From Candidatus Latescibacterota bacterium (GTDB taxonomy: Bacteria > Latescibacterota > UBA2968), in assembly GCA_965207885.1 (NCBI GenBank), contig OZ242311.1, forward strand, positions 3,744,001 through 3,808,000: a stretch of 64,000 nucleotides of DNA, written 5' to 3'. The position numbers and the translations under genes are program-made. The notes beneath the pieces were generated by a model. That model saw only the letters and a list, made by a program, of their open reading frames with translations, ran no database searches and was not told where the DNA came from. Below are positions 29,493-39,679 of the stretch, piece by piece (position 1 is the first letter of the stretch; each line of letters starts with the position of its first letter).

Positions 29493-30329
29493 ATGACAGG
29501 TTTGAAGCTTTTCGGGTTCTTTTGTTGTGCAGTCACCCTTTTGGTTTTCCCTCAAAAGGGAATTGCCCAGATGGAAATGACCTATGATGAATACAGGATG
29601 AAACTTACAGAGCAGGAGCAACGGCTTGCAGAACTCAAAAAGTCTTTGCTTGAATGCCAAACAGCATCTAATGACCTTTCGAACCAGATGTCGAGTCTGG
29701 ATACCCAGATTAGTGAAATCAAACAACAAGTCTATAGCCTCGTTGAGTCCGATGAAGCAGGGGTCAACGAATATATGCAAGAACTCGGTCGCATTGAAGG
29801 CCGTCTCATGGGCTTGCGCAGCCTGGCAGAAGATGCCCTGTTTGAAGTTCGAGATGAAATTGATCAAATAGAAGCTCGCGTATCAGAGCTTAAAGCAGAC
29901 AAAAGAGCCTGTTTTCCAGCTGCACAGGCAAAACTGGCCAGTATTGATCAATTACTTGAGCAAGTCAAAGCCCGAATGCCTCGCAAGCGCATTCGGCAAT
30001 ATTCGGTTGTCAGAGGTGATAATCTCTGGAGAATCGCTAAAAAAGACGATATTTATGGCGATCCTTATCTCTGGCCCCGTATCTATGTTGAAAACCGGGA
30101 TAAAATTAAACATCCCGATATAATTTATCCCAAGTGGGTTCTCAACATTCCCTTTGGCGTCGATATCAATCAACATCTCGTAATGAGTGGCGAGAACCTC
30201 TCGTCCATTGCTGGCAAAGTGTACAATGATGTCACCAAATGGAACCGGATCTACCAGGCCAACAAAACACAGATCTTTGATCCGAGCATGATTTTCCCAG
30301 CTCAAGTATTCGACATTCCAGCAAACTGA
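29493..30329 (+). CDS. Secreted coiled-coil protein with two LysM domains
   Basis: Signal peptide, long coiled coil, YSVVRGDNLWRIA...IYVENR and HLVMSGENLSSIA...IYQANK. Confidence 0.9.
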   Translation: MTGLKLFGFFCCAVTLLVFPQKGIAQMEMTYDEYRMKLTEQEQRLAELKKSLLECQTASNDLSNQMSSLDTQISEIKQQVYSLVESDEAGVNEYMQELGRIEGRLMGLRSLAEDALFEVRDEIDQIEARVSELKADKRACFPAAQAKLASIDQLLEQVKARMPRKRIRQYSVVRGDNLWRIAKKDDIYGDPYLWPRIYVENRDKIKHPDIIYPKWVLNIPFGVDINQHLVMSGENLSSIAGKVYNDVTKWNRIYQANKTQIFDPSMIFPAQVFDIPAN

Positions 30330-30411
30330 CCTCAACCTCTTCGATCCCAGAATTTGGATCTTTCATAAATCCAATGGAAGGTTCATCTATCAACCTCTAA
30401 CTCTAAAATAG

Positions 30412-30448
30412 AACTCTCATTCCCGTAGTCTGTTTGGGAATGAGAGTT
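30412..30448. repeat. 13-bp inverted repeat (terminator or REP-like palindrome)
   Basis: AACTCTCATTCCC/GGGAATGAGAGTT followed by a T-rich run. Confidence 0.65.
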
Positions 30449-30470
30449 TTCTTTTTTAAATACTCAAATC

Positions 30471-31454
30471 GTGGAAAATAGAGAACTCTCCCATAGACTA
30501 TCGTTGCGCGGTGTTGACCTCCTATCGTTATACGGTCACAACGATGCAAATTTGCTCGCCCTTGAAGACCGCTATGGCGTGCGTTTAACCGCCCGCGGAG
30601 ATCAGCTAAATGTTCAGGGACCACAACATAAAGTTCAACACGTCTCTGGTCTATTAGAAGAAATGATTTCGTGCCTTCGACGCGGCGATCAGTTTGACCC
30701 TCTACACCTGCTTGCGCCACCGCCAGAAAACTGCGAATCTGAAATTGGTGAATACGCAAAGCCCATTCTTTCAACACCCAAAATTCTCATTCGCCCCCGC
30801 TCACGGACTCAGGTTGCTTACTCAGCAGCTATAGAAAACTACGATATTGTTTTTGGCATTGGACCGGCGGGTACGGGCAAAACTTATCTGGCAGTCGCAG
30901 CGGCTGTTGCTGCGCTAAAAAGCAAACATATCTCCAGAATTATTCTGACGCGCCCGGCTGTAGAAGCTGGCGAAACCCTGGGATTTCTACCGGGAGATAT
31001 ACAGGATAAAGTCGATCCCTATTTGCGTCCGCTCTACGATGCACTGCGCGACATGCTACCCGATACACAATTGCAACACCTTATGGAAATGCACACACTT
31101 GAAATTGCACCGCTTGCATTTATGAGAGGACGCACTCTGAATAACGCTTTTGTCATTCTCGACGAGGCCCAGAATACCACCGTCAACCAGATGAAGATGT
31201 TTCTTACCCGTCTGGGCAACAATGCCAAGGCTGTGATTACAGGTGATATAACACAAATAGACCTGCCGCCGGGTATTCAGTCTGGGCTTATACACGTCCA
31301 GCACATCCTGTCTCATATAGAAGCCATCAAATTCGTCAACTTTTCAGAAAAAGATGTTGTACGACACCCACTGGTTCAAAAAATTATAACAGCTTATGAG
31401 CAAAGCGAACATGCCCATGAACCAGAGGGAGAAGAGGCTCTGCCCAAACCATGA
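30471..31454 (+). CDS. phoH: PhoH family ATPase
   Basis: GPAGTGKTYLA, RPAVEAGE, MRGRT, DEAQN, GDITQID, VVRHPLV. Confidence 0.95.
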   Translation: MENRELSHRLSLRGVDLLSLYGHNDANLLALEDRYGVRLTARGDQLNVQGPQHKVQHVSGLLEEMISCLRRGDQFDPLHLLAPPPENCESEIGEYAKPILSTPKILIRPRSRTQVAYSAAIENYDIVFGIGPAGTGKTYLAVAAAVAALKSKHISRIILTRPAVEAGETLGFLPGDIQDKVDPYLRPLYDALRDMLPDTQLQHLMEMHTLEIAPLAFMRGRTLNNAFVILDEAQNTTVNQMKMFLTRLGNNAKAVITGDITQIDLPPGIQSGLIHVQHILSHIEAIKFVNFSEKDVVRHPLVQKIITAYEQSEHAHEPEGEEALPKP

Positions 31455-33706
31455 TGTTCTTTAGAAAACGTCAACGCGACCGTACGCGTCAGACAAGACA
31501 ACAGTGGAAACAGCGGGGAAAACAAGCCTTCCGCATTGTGTTAATGCTCGCCCTCTTAGGCGTACTAACCGTCTTGTTTCCCACGCAACAGCATTACGAG
31601 TACAGTGCCTTCCGCGAAGGCGCGATTGCGCCAGATGAAGTCATTGCATCCGAATTATTCCCCGTGTACAAAAGCGAAGAAGCATACCAGGATGAAGTCG
31701 CAGAAGCTCGCCGCCAGATTTTGCCGGTTTTGCGCTATGATAGCACAGTGCAGCAAAGCAAACTGAACGCATATAAAACATTTCTAAACGACTTAAAAAA
31801 ACACACTGGCTCCGGGGTAAGCGAATCTCTCTCACAAGAGCTACGGCTTTCACACCCGGAGATTAGCCCCCTGTCGGAATCCACCCTGAAATATCTCGTA
31901 CCCGTATCTCGAAGGCGATCAGCCAGCCGCAGTACATTGACCACCGCAGTCGAGAAAATTCTTCAAAGCACCTACCAGAACGGGATTATCGACCAGGAAA
32001 TAAATACCGTCGAAGAGGGGTACGCAGAGGTTATACTACTTAATAATGGCTCAGAACGCCAAATTAGCCTTGAAGAACTGGCCGATATAGAAAATTTTAC
32101 CTCGGGACTTCAACAAACCATAGAACAACAATTGCCAAAGGCAAGTCCTATGGAAATGAGAGCGGGCAGTGAACTGATCCTGGCCTATCTATCCCCCAAC
32201 ATTGCCTATGACGCTACCGAAACGCAGAGGCGAAGAGATGAGGCAGCCAGCAATGTCCAACGTGCCAAGCCTGGGACAGTTCTCAAAGGCGAGCGCATTA
32301 TTGACAAACACGACCGCATCACATCTGACGACATAGACAAACTCAGGTCACTGGCCGAACATATCAACCAGCGCCGCCAGCAAGACCCATTCATTGACCT
32401 CATTCAACGAGGTGCTGGGCTATCACTTTGCGCGTTGACACTCATAATATTTTTTGCTTTTCTAAAATTTTATCGTCCTGACCTTTATCGCCCGTCCAAA
32501 AACATCGTACTATTTGGCATCATTATTTTAATCCCTACTGCCGTGGCTGATTACGCCGCCCAAAGTCAGGCCATATCGCCTTTTCTCATCCCCGTCGCAC
32601 TATCTGCAATGCTGGCAACCGTGCTCTTTGATGCCGTCGTCGGCATGGTGATCACCCTTGCCGTTACAACGCTTTGTGCCAGCATTCTCGGCGAACTCCA
32701 ATACGGGATCATCTTTCTCACCACAGGCATTATTGGCGCATTTTCTGTACATCAGGTACGCCATCGCAGAGATTTTTATCGCCCTGGTCTGTATCTGATT
32801 GCCGCTTATGCTCTGACAATTACCTCCACAGTTGGACTACTTTTTTCTTATACCAACACCACCGAGTTTCTCACGGAAATACGCGAGGATTTATTCTGGG
32901 GCATTGTGGCTGCCTGCGGTTCCTTAATTCTCACCATTGGATTACTACCCGTATTCGAAAGTGTTTTCAATGTCGTAACACCCCTGACACTGCTCGAACT
33001 GGCGGACTTAAATCGCCCGCTATTGCGCAATTTGGCCCTTCGCGCTCCTGGAACCTTTAGCCACAGCATAAACATGGCCAATCTCTCGGAAGAAGCCGCA
33101 GTCGCAATAGGCGCAGACCCCTTGCTCGCGCGCGTTGGGTGTTATTACCACGATATTGGGAAAATGAGACGCCCGCACTATTTTATAGAAAATCAGCATG
33201 GTGTGAATCCCCACGATGAGTTGCAACCTCAAATAAGTGCCCTGATTCTCATTTCTCATGTCAGGGACGGGATCGAATTGGCGAAAGAAGAAGGACTTCC
33301 TCTGGCAATTATTGATCTCATCCCACAGCACCATGGGACTTCGGAAATGACTTCGTTTAAACATCAGGCGCAACTCATAGACGAGCAGGCAGTCCGCGAT
33401 GCCGACTTCCTCTATCCCGGTCCCAAACCCCAGACCAAAGAAGCGGGTATTATTAATCTCGCAGACGCTGTTGAATCTGCGACGCGGTCCTTGCCCAACA
33501 ACGAGCCAGACGAAATTAAAAAGCTCGTCCAAACAATTGTCAAAGGCCGTTATGATGCTGGGGAATTGGATGAATGCGATCTTACATTGCGCGACCTGAC
33601 CAGGATCCAGGAAGCCTTTTTGCCCGTCTTGCAGGCTTCACACCATCCTCGAATACCCTATCCCTGGCAAGCGCAACAACAAGAACGCCAGGTCGCGAGC
33701 AGATGA
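31451..33706 (+). CDS. 7TM-HD (HDIG) membrane phosphohydrolase, PgpH/YqfF-like
   Basis: Extracellular domain, TM helices, APGTFSHS, YYHDIGK, QHHGT, ADAVES. Confidence 0.92.
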   Translation: MMFFRKRQRDRTRQTRQQWKQRGKQAFRIVLMLALLGVLTVLFPTQQHYEYSAFREGAIAPDEVIASELFPVYKSEEAYQDEVAEARRQILPVLRYDSTVQQSKLNAYKTFLNDLKKHTGSGVSESLSQELRLSHPEISPLSESTLKYLVPVSRRRSASRSTLTTAVEKILQSTYQNGIIDQEINTVEEGYAEVILLNNGSERQISLEELADIENFTSGLQQTIEQQLPKASPMEMRAGSELILAYLSPNIAYDATETQRRRDEAASNVQRAKPGTVLKGERIIDKHDRITSDDIDKLRSLAEHINQRRQQDPFIDLIQRGAGLSLCALTLIIFFAFLKFYRPDLYRPSKNIVLFGIIILIPTAVADYAAQSQAISPFLIPVALSAMLATVLFDAVVGMVITLAVTTLCASILGELQYGIIFLTTGIIGAFSVHQVRHRRDFYRPGLYLIAAYALTITSTVGLLFSYTNTTEFLTEIREDLFWGIVAACGSLILTIGLLPVFESVFNVVTPLTLLELADLNRPLLRNLALRAPGTFSHSINMANLSEEAAVAIGADPLLARVGCYYHDIGKMRRPHYFIENQHGVNPHDELQPQISALILISHVRDGIELAKEEGLPLAIIDLIPQHHGTSEMTSFKHQAQLIDEQAVRDADFLYPGPKPQTKEAGIINLADAVESATRSLPNNEPDEIKKLVQTIVKGRYDAGELDECDLTLRDLTRIQEAFLPVLQASHHPRIPYPWQAQQQERQVASR

Positions 33707-34128
33707 ATAAACTGGAGATAACGACTTTAGTAGATGTATGCGATCTGGATATCCCTCGCTTAGAAGCTGTCGTGAAACAACTTCTTTCAGACAACGAGGT
33801 GCATCTACCCATTTCGTGTGTTCTAACCCATGATACCCATATCCGACAACTCAACAAAAAATACCGGAACATGGATAAAACGACCGACGTTCTTTCATTT
33901 GAGCTTTCCGACGCGATCCATCCAGAAGCGCATTATTGTGGAGAGATATACATTTCAGTAGATCGCGCACGACAGCAGGCAAAAGCGCATAACCGGTCCC
34001 TACAGGCAGAAATAACCCACTTGACAGTACACGGGACCCTGCATTTGCTGGGATTTGAACACGATACCCCTGAAGGGTACACGCAAATGCAAAACGAAGA
34101 AAAAAAATACCTGACCCTGATAGAATAG
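33703..34128 (+). CDS. ybeY: rRNA maturation endoribonuclease YbeY
   Basis: LNKKYR..DKTTDVLSF, GEIYIS, HGTLHLLGFEH. Confidence 0.95.
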   Translation: MNKLEITTLVDVCDLDIPRLEAVVKQLLSDNEVHLPISCVLTHDTHIRQLNKKYRNMDKTTDVLSFELSDAIHPEAHYCGEIYISVDRARQQAKAHNRSLQAEITHLTVHGTLHLLGFEHDTPEGYTQMQNEEKKYLTLIE

Positions 34129-34176
34129 CCCCGCGCTTATGTCCTTGCTACAAACAATCATTCCCCCGAAAGGAGC

Positions 34177-35493
34177 GTGATGTTTTTGGACGATCCTTGG
34201 CCAGCAATCTTTATAACCATCGCTTCTATTGTCCTGACAGCAGCGTTCTCCAGGCTCGGCTCAATTGTTGTTTCGCGCACCACCCTCGAGCGCCTGCACG
34301 AAGAAAAAATAGGACGTGCAGGACTCTACCTTTGGCTCTATCGCTCCCGCGATTTTGTCTCACAAATGGTTTTGCTCGGTCAGACAATCACCATATCCAT
34401 AGGTGCTCTGGCGCTACTATCCATTCTTTTGCAGACGTTAAAACCGGGCCTCTGGCTATATCCTGGCTCAGCATTGCTCATCGCACTTTATGTATTTATC
34501 GCCCTGATCATTCGCAGCATTGTCCCCCCCTACCGTAGGGAAGAGGGATCAGACCGTCCGCTGCCCTTTTTGCCGTTATGTTTTTTGCCCTTTTACTTTA
34601 TTCTTCTCCTTCCCACACTCTTGTTGCAAAAAGCGCAAACTATCTTCTTGAGCGAAGACGATAGCCGAGCACTAAAAGAAGAAGAATTGCGAAATATCGT
34701 CGAATCAGAAACAGAAGAAGGCACAATCGAAGCAGAAGAAAGAGAAATGATTGAAGGCATCTTTGAATTTGACGAAACAACGGTCAAAGAGGCGATGATC
34801 CCGCGCATAGATATGATTTCTGCCGAGGTAACGGCCACGCCCAAAGAGCTTCTCGAACTGATCCAGCAATCCGGGCACTCGCGAATCCCCATCTATGAAG
34901 AACGAATCGACAACATCAAAGGCGTCGTTTATGTCAAAGATATTTTGCTCAATCTGGCGACCAATCAGCCGTGGTCTGTCCCAGAGATCATGCGTACGCC
35001 ATACTTTGTGCCAGAAAACAAAACGCTCGCCGATTTAATGGCCGAATTTAAGCGCGAAAAAGTACACATGGCGATTGTTGTCGGGGAATATGGCGGCACG
35101 TCTGGCCTTATTACAATGGAAGATATTATCGAAGAAATTGTCGGTGAAATTCAAGATGAACACGACGATGAAGAACCGCTTTTTGAATGGCGCAAAGAGG
35201 GCAAAATACTCGTCGTAGATGCACGCATTGACATTGAAGATCTCAATATCGTGCTCAACGTCGAACTGCCACAAAACGGTTACGAAACGCTCGGCGGATT
35301 TATATACAACGTGCTTGGACACGTACCTCAGATAGATGAAAATTTAGAACACGGAAATCTACTCATTGAGATCCTCGAAGTCGTAGGACAACGCATTACA
35401 CGGGTAAAAATTACCAAACGCGGAGAGCCTTCACAGGACGAGCCAAAACACGGTGGAGAGATACAAATACAAAACGACAAACCGCAGAAATAG
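34177..35493 (+). CDS. Hemolysin/CorC family CBS-domain membrane protein
   Basis: N-terminal TM helices, MIPRID, HSRIPIY, EYGGTSGLITMEDIIEEIVGEI, CorC domain ETLGG. Confidence 0.9.
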   Translation: MMFLDDPWPAIFITIASIVLTAAFSRLGSIVVSRTTLERLHEEKIGRAGLYLWLYRSRDFVSQMVLLGQTITISIGALALLSILLQTLKPGLWLYPGSALLIALYVFIALIIRSIVPPYRREEGSDRPLPFLPLCFLPFYFILLLPTLLLQKAQTIFLSEDDSRALKEEELRNIVESETEEGTIEAEEREMIEGIFEFDETTVKEAMIPRIDMISAEVTATPKELLELIQQSGHSRIPIYEERIDNIKGVVYVKDILLNLATNQPWSVPEIMRTPYFVPENKTLADLMAEFKREKVHMAIVVGEYGGTSGLITMEDIIEEIVGEIQDEHDDEEPLFEWRKEGKILVVDARIDIEDLNIVLNVELPQNGYETLGGFIYNVLGHVPQIDENLEHGNLLIEILEVVGQRITRVKITKRGEPSQDEPKHGGEIQIQNDKPQK

Positions 35494-35548
35494 CTTGACA
35501 ATAACCCCAAAATCCCGTTCTTTTTTAGTGCTTATCTGGACATAGGGG

Positions 35549-35625
<77 letters not shown>

Positions 35626-35631
35626 AAAAAT

Positions 35632-35661
35632 AAGGGAACCGATGTTTTCGGTTCCCTTTTA
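35632..35661. terminator. Intrinsic terminator
   Basis: AAGGGAACCGA/TCGGTTCCCTT hairpin with T-run. Confidence 0.8.
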
Positions 35662-35685
35662 TTCTATCTCTCCATTTCATCTTCA

Positions 35686-36063
35686 TCAGGCATCGAGCAA
35701 GGATCGAAACGCTGCTTTGAAATTGTGTGGTGCTCTCCGCCAGAGTTGAATCCCCTCAATAATATCATCGGTTTCTGATTTAAATATCGGTTGCAATGCT
35801 TTCCTCAGTTCGGCGATCCGTATTGTTTCCTGACCGGTTTTTTGATCCGTCAACAAATCTTCGACACTTCTGCCCAACACATCTGCAATTTTTGCCAACA
35901 CGGGAATTGACCCGCGCTGCTTGCCCTTTCGAATATCGCTGAAATAGGGCGCACTAATCCCAACCATTTTGGCGATTTCCTGGCCCTGTAAACCCGATTC
36001 GCGTTGCCAGCGCCGAATTTTCTCACCTGCTATTTGTTTATCATAAAGCTCTCGCCTTGTCAT
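35686..36063 (-). CDS. XRE/HTH_3 family transcriptional regulator
   Basis: IRRWQRESGLQGQEIAKMVGISAPYFSDIRKGK HTH; AGGAG RBS. Confidence 0.85.
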   Translation of the reverse strand: MTRRELYDKQIAGEKIRRWQRESGLQGQEIAKMVGISAPYFSDIRKGKQRGSIPVLAKIADVLGRSVEDLLTDQKTGQETIRIAELRKALQPIFKSETDDIIEGIQLWRRAPHNFKAAFRSLLDA

Positions 36064-36078
36064 GCATACACTCCTTTT

Positions 36079-36849
36079 TTACTGAGAATGCTTCTCCACC
36101 TCGACCAACCACGCAATATCGTTCAGGTCGTGAAACGCGATATCCTCGGTCTCAATGCCACACGCACCGAGATTGGACGCGATGCTATCTTGCGTCCACC
36201 TTGCGGACCAAAAACCTTCGGCAGTCGCTACAAATCGCGAACCCAAAGGCGTCACAACGCGCTGCCCTGTATGCTCGTAGAAATCAACCTGCGCGGCCTC
36301 AGTTTCCGGCACATCCTTATACATGGTGAAACATGCAGAACCGCCGATTTTTAGAGCGCGATAAAAACGAGAAATCGTCCGGATAAACCGCGGATTGCGG
36401 TCGAGATAGGCATCGGTGTACAGGCTGAGATCATCGGACTTATCCCTGATATTCCCAGGAGTAAAATACAGGCAGAAAACGAGATCGTAAAACTCCTCCT
36501 CAACTACTGCCTCGGCGGCATCGCCTATAAATATCTGTGCGTTGTCAATGCGTTCTTTTTTCCACAGCGAGCGTGCGTCTTCAGCCATTTCGGGCGATAT
36601 TTCAAAGCCGTGATACAAAAGACAGTGCGGCGCAAACAGAACGGCGTGATAGCCATTGCCACACCCGATATCCGCAATTTTGTATGGACCCTGCCGAAGT
36701 CGCTCGCTTAGAATCTCGTCTTGTCTCTGCCGAGCCTGCCTGATCGGTTCGGGACAATAGGATGACTCAAGCGCGCGCTTGACGGCTTCATTTTCAGATT
36801 TCAGCGATATATGACTCACTTGTTCCCTCTTTGGTTTTTGCTTAGACAA
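36079..36849 (-). CDS. Class I SAM-dependent methyltransferase
   Basis: IADIGCGNG, GFEISPEM, GDA, YDLVFC. Confidence 0.85.
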   Translation of the reverse strand: MSKQKPKREQVSHISLKSENEAVKRALESSYCPEPIRQARQRQDEILSERLRQGPYKIADIGCGNGYHAVLFAPHCLLYHGFEISPEMAEDARSLWKKERIDNAQIFIGDAAEAVVEEEFYDLVFCLYFTPGNIRDKSDDLSLYTDAYLDRNPRFIRTISRFYRALKIGGSACFTMYKDVPETEAAQVDFYEHTGQRVVTPLGSRFVATAEGFWSARWTQDSIASNLGACGIETEDIAFHDLNDIAWLVEVEKHSQ

Positions 36850-37110
36850 TTAATTATTCATGCAGAAATCCGCTATGCAGGTCAAGTTGTAAATATCAAC
36901 TTTTTACCCATTTCAAACCCTTACTGTATCAATTTTACAACACCTGTGCTGAAAAAACACACATATAGCTTTCTTACTCAAATATTACAATACAATATAA
37001 AATACTATAAAAACAGGTATTTATATTATTTATTCTTTTAAAATAATTTACGGCACAGATTTTGCATATACGATTATCCAGCCGGGGTCATACACTTTCA
37101 GGAGGTTACC

Positions 37111-38025
37111 ATGTCACAGATTCGACTGTTTTTGTTCGCCGCGCTCGTCTGCTTGCCCATCACTGCATCATCTGCACCACACTTTGACCCTTCACCCAAA
37201 AAATCCAAATCTCAATTGTCGGGTTCAATAACCAATGGTGTCATTGACATCAATTCCAACGGCGAAATAACGATCCACATCCCGGAAGGCACCATTTCAC
37301 TCCCGACCGATTCGCTCTCTACAGTGCCCAAAGGACCACCAGGCCCCTATGCCCCTTGCATCCTCGGTGGTCCAGGTCAATCAGTTCTTAGTAATCCAGC
37401 CAGATTATCTCCCTTATATACACCGATGCCAGACCCGGTGGAATTGCTCAATCACATTGGAATTTTCTTTTCAACAGCCAGTGGTGGATTTGGCTCTCGC
37501 ATCAATTACGATCATAAAGTATCCCCAAACACACGCTTTACTGCCAGTCCAGAATTTCTCACCTATAGCTTGTCCAGAGCCAGCACCATTCTGGGAGACC
37601 TGATGCCTCTGGGCACAACGCGAATCACCCTGATCACCATACCAATCGGCTTCCAACGCCACTTTGCGCCCACATCGCGTATCAATCCCCACATAGGATT
37701 TGGTTTTGGCCCCATCATCCGGCTGGATCACCGCTCACACCGACTGGGATACTACGGGAATAATCTGGGTTTAGACAGAATAATTCGCAATGGACGCAAT
37801 AGCCTCAATCTTACCGTTCCCCTTACCCTCGATGATTTCCCAAGTACCTCCCTGACTCTGGGCGGCCATCTCGCTTCTGGTCTGAATATCCATTTCGGCG
37901 CGAAAAAAAATCTCGCCCTCACCATCGAAGGCCGCTACACCTTGGCACGATTCATCGACGCGACGGGTTCACCGGGCGATTTTAGTGGCCTCTCTCTTGC
38001 TATAGGATTTGGAAAAGCATTCTAA
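37111..38025 (+). CDS. Secreted protein, probable outer-membrane beta-barrel
   Basis: Signal peptide; amphipathic strands (INPHIGFGFG, IEGRY); C-terminal IGFGKAF; AGGAGG RBS. Confidence 0.65.
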   Translation: MSQIRLFLFAALVCLPITASSAPHFDPSPKKSKSQLSGSITNGVIDINSNGEITIHIPEGTISLPTDSLSTVPKGPPGPYAPCILGGPGQSVLSNPARLSPLYTPMPDPVELLNHIGIFFSTASGGFGSRINYDHKVSPNTRFTASPEFLTYSLSRASTILGDLMPLGTTRITLITIPIGFQRHFAPTSRINPHIGFGFGPIIRLDHRSHRLGYYGNNLGLDRIIRNGRNSLNLTVPLTLDDFPSTSLTLGGHLASGLNIHFGAKKNLALTIEGRYTLARFIDATGSPGDFSGLSLAIGFGKAF

Positions 38026-38060
38026 CTGGTGCTCAACCTGGTGCTTTGAAAGGAGATATG

Positions 38061-38972
38061 ATGTTCAATCTAACGATACTCCGGATCAATTTATTTGCCC
38101 TCGTTTTCCTTGTCTTATCAGCGGTCCCTGCTTTTGCACAGGCCAATGATCCGGTACCCGCCAGTGCCATCTGCTTGATTGCAGATCATCCAGGCATTCA
38201 CGAATCCGATGCGCAGACCGCGGCCATGCTGGTGTGTTATGAATTGCGAAAACAGGGTATATCGGTTGGCGATCCCGTTTACCAGGTACAGAACACTGCG
38301 AATGTCTATCGCGTTGTTTTGCGCCGCCTGGGCGAAAAGGTTCTCGTTCGCTTGAGCTGGGAAACCCCTGTCGGAACAGTCGCAAGTGACCGACAGCTCT
38401 TGCTTGGCAATATCGAAGAAATGATCTCTGGCGCGCCCAGGCTGGTTGAGGCACTCATCCACCAGAAACCCATTGATACTACGGTCAACATGGAAAATGT
38501 CGTCGAACAGGATGCCCCTGTACATCGAAAGATAACCGGTGAGTCCCTCTGGAATATAGGAATCTTCGGAACCTTTGTCCCAGACACAGGCATAAAGGCC
38601 AAACCCGGCTGGGAGATTAGGTGGTCTTATGAGGTACCGGACTATGATGTGGGAACCGAGCTGAGATTTACCGGAGGTGGCGACGAGTGGGGTGAGAACT
38701 TTGGATTCATCTCCTGGTCAATCGGCGGACGGTACTTCTTTAACAACCAGAATTTTTCGCCTTATCTGGGCGGTGGATTAGCCATAAGCGGTGCCAGCTA
38801 CACAAGCGACGACAGGTCGGGATTGGGTGCTTATGCGGTCTTTGGAATGGAGGCCCTGCGACTCACTCGAAGCCGTCTGAGACTCGAATTGCGCGTGGAT
38901 GCGCCATTTTTTAAGTTGAACTCTTCTCCATATCTGATGCCTATAACACTGGGTATCTCCTACCACAGATAG
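38061..38972 (+). CDS. Secreted protein with probable C-terminal beta-barrel
   Basis: Signal peptide; IGGRYFF, SPYLGGGL, LELRVD, ITLGISY. Confidence 0.65.
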   Translation: MFNLTILRINLFALVFLVLSAVPAFAQANDPVPASAICLIADHPGIHESDAQTAAMLVCYELRKQGISVGDPVYQVQNTANVYRVVLRRLGEKVLVRLSWETPVGTVASDRQLLLGNIEEMISGAPRLVEALIHQKPIDTTVNMENVVEQDAPVHRKITGESLWNIGIFGTFVPDTGIKAKPGWEIRWSYEVPDYDVGTELRFTGGGDEWGENFGFISWSIGGRYFFNNQNFSPYLGGGLAISGASYTSDDRSGLGAYAVFGMEALRLTRSRLRLELRVDAPFFKLNSSPYLMPITLGISYHR

Positions 38973-38997
38973 CGCGTAAAAACCACCACATAAAATC

Positions 38998-39038
38998 AAA
39001 AAAGGGACGCATCGGGTAAATGATGGGTCCCTTTTTTT
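38998..39038 (+). terminator. Intrinsic terminator
   Basis: AAAAAAGGGAC(G)CATC/GATGGGTCCCTTTTTT hairpin. Confidence 0.75.
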
Positions 39039-39078
39039 AAAACGCCATTGATTTTAACGCATATCTACAATTCCCTTC

Positions 39079-39133
39079 TTGACAGTACCCTATATTTAGT
39101 GCTATAATTTGAGCAACACACAATATCATGTTG
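39079..39133 (+). promoter_or_regulatory. sigma70 promoter overlapped by two tandem NrdR boxes
   Basis: TTGACA(39079)-18 bp-TATAAT(39103); boxes ACCCTATATTTAGTGC(39087) and ACACAATATCATGTTG(39118), 31 bp apart, match acaCwAtATaTwGtgt. Confidence 0.8.
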
Positions 39134-39157
39134 ATTTTAAGAAAGGAATCCTATCTT

Positions 39158-39610
39158 ATGAAATGTCCTTATTGTGGCGTGATCGAAGACAAGGTGGTCG
39201 ATTCCAGATCGAGTAAAGAAGGCACCGCCATTCGACGACGCCGAGAATGCCTGGGGTGTGAACGTCGATTTACGACCTATGAATACATCGAAGACACCCC
39301 TCTCACCGTTATCAAATCCGATGGACGGCGCGAAATCTTTGATAAAAACAAACTCATGGACAAAATCCGACTCTCCTGCACCAAACGTCCGATCTCAACA
39401 ACTCAGATTGAAGAAATCGCCGACCGAATCGAAGATCAACTCGTAAGCAGAGGCGAACGAGAAATAGAAGCCAAACAGCACATTGGCGAACTTGTCATGA
39501 CAGAACTCAAACGCCTCGACGATGTCGCCTACGTGCGCTTTGCCTCTGTGTACCGCCAATTCAAAGACCTCAGCGATTTTGAAAAAGAACTGCGGCAATT
39601 TGAAAGATGA
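39158..39610 (+). CDS. nrdR: Transcriptional repressor NrdR
   Basis: MKCPYC..VVDSR...[19 protein letters not shown] cone, [10 protein letters not shown]. Confidence 0.98.
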   Translation: MKCPYCGVIEDKVVDSRSSKEGTAIRRRRECLGCERRFTTYEYIEDTPLTVIKSDGRREIFDKNKLMDKIRLSCTKRPISTTQIEEIADRIEDQLVSRGEREIEAKQHIGELVMTELKRLDDVAYVRFASVYRQFKDLSDFEKELRQFER

Positions 39611-39679
39611 GATGTAATATATCTCACACAAAGACACAAGACGTAAAAGAGTCTGTGCTCACCTTTTACGTCTCACTTC

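Noticed and set aside
30471-35493. phoH-7TM/HD-ybeY-corC cluster as a novel system
   Set aside because: A well-known conserved operon
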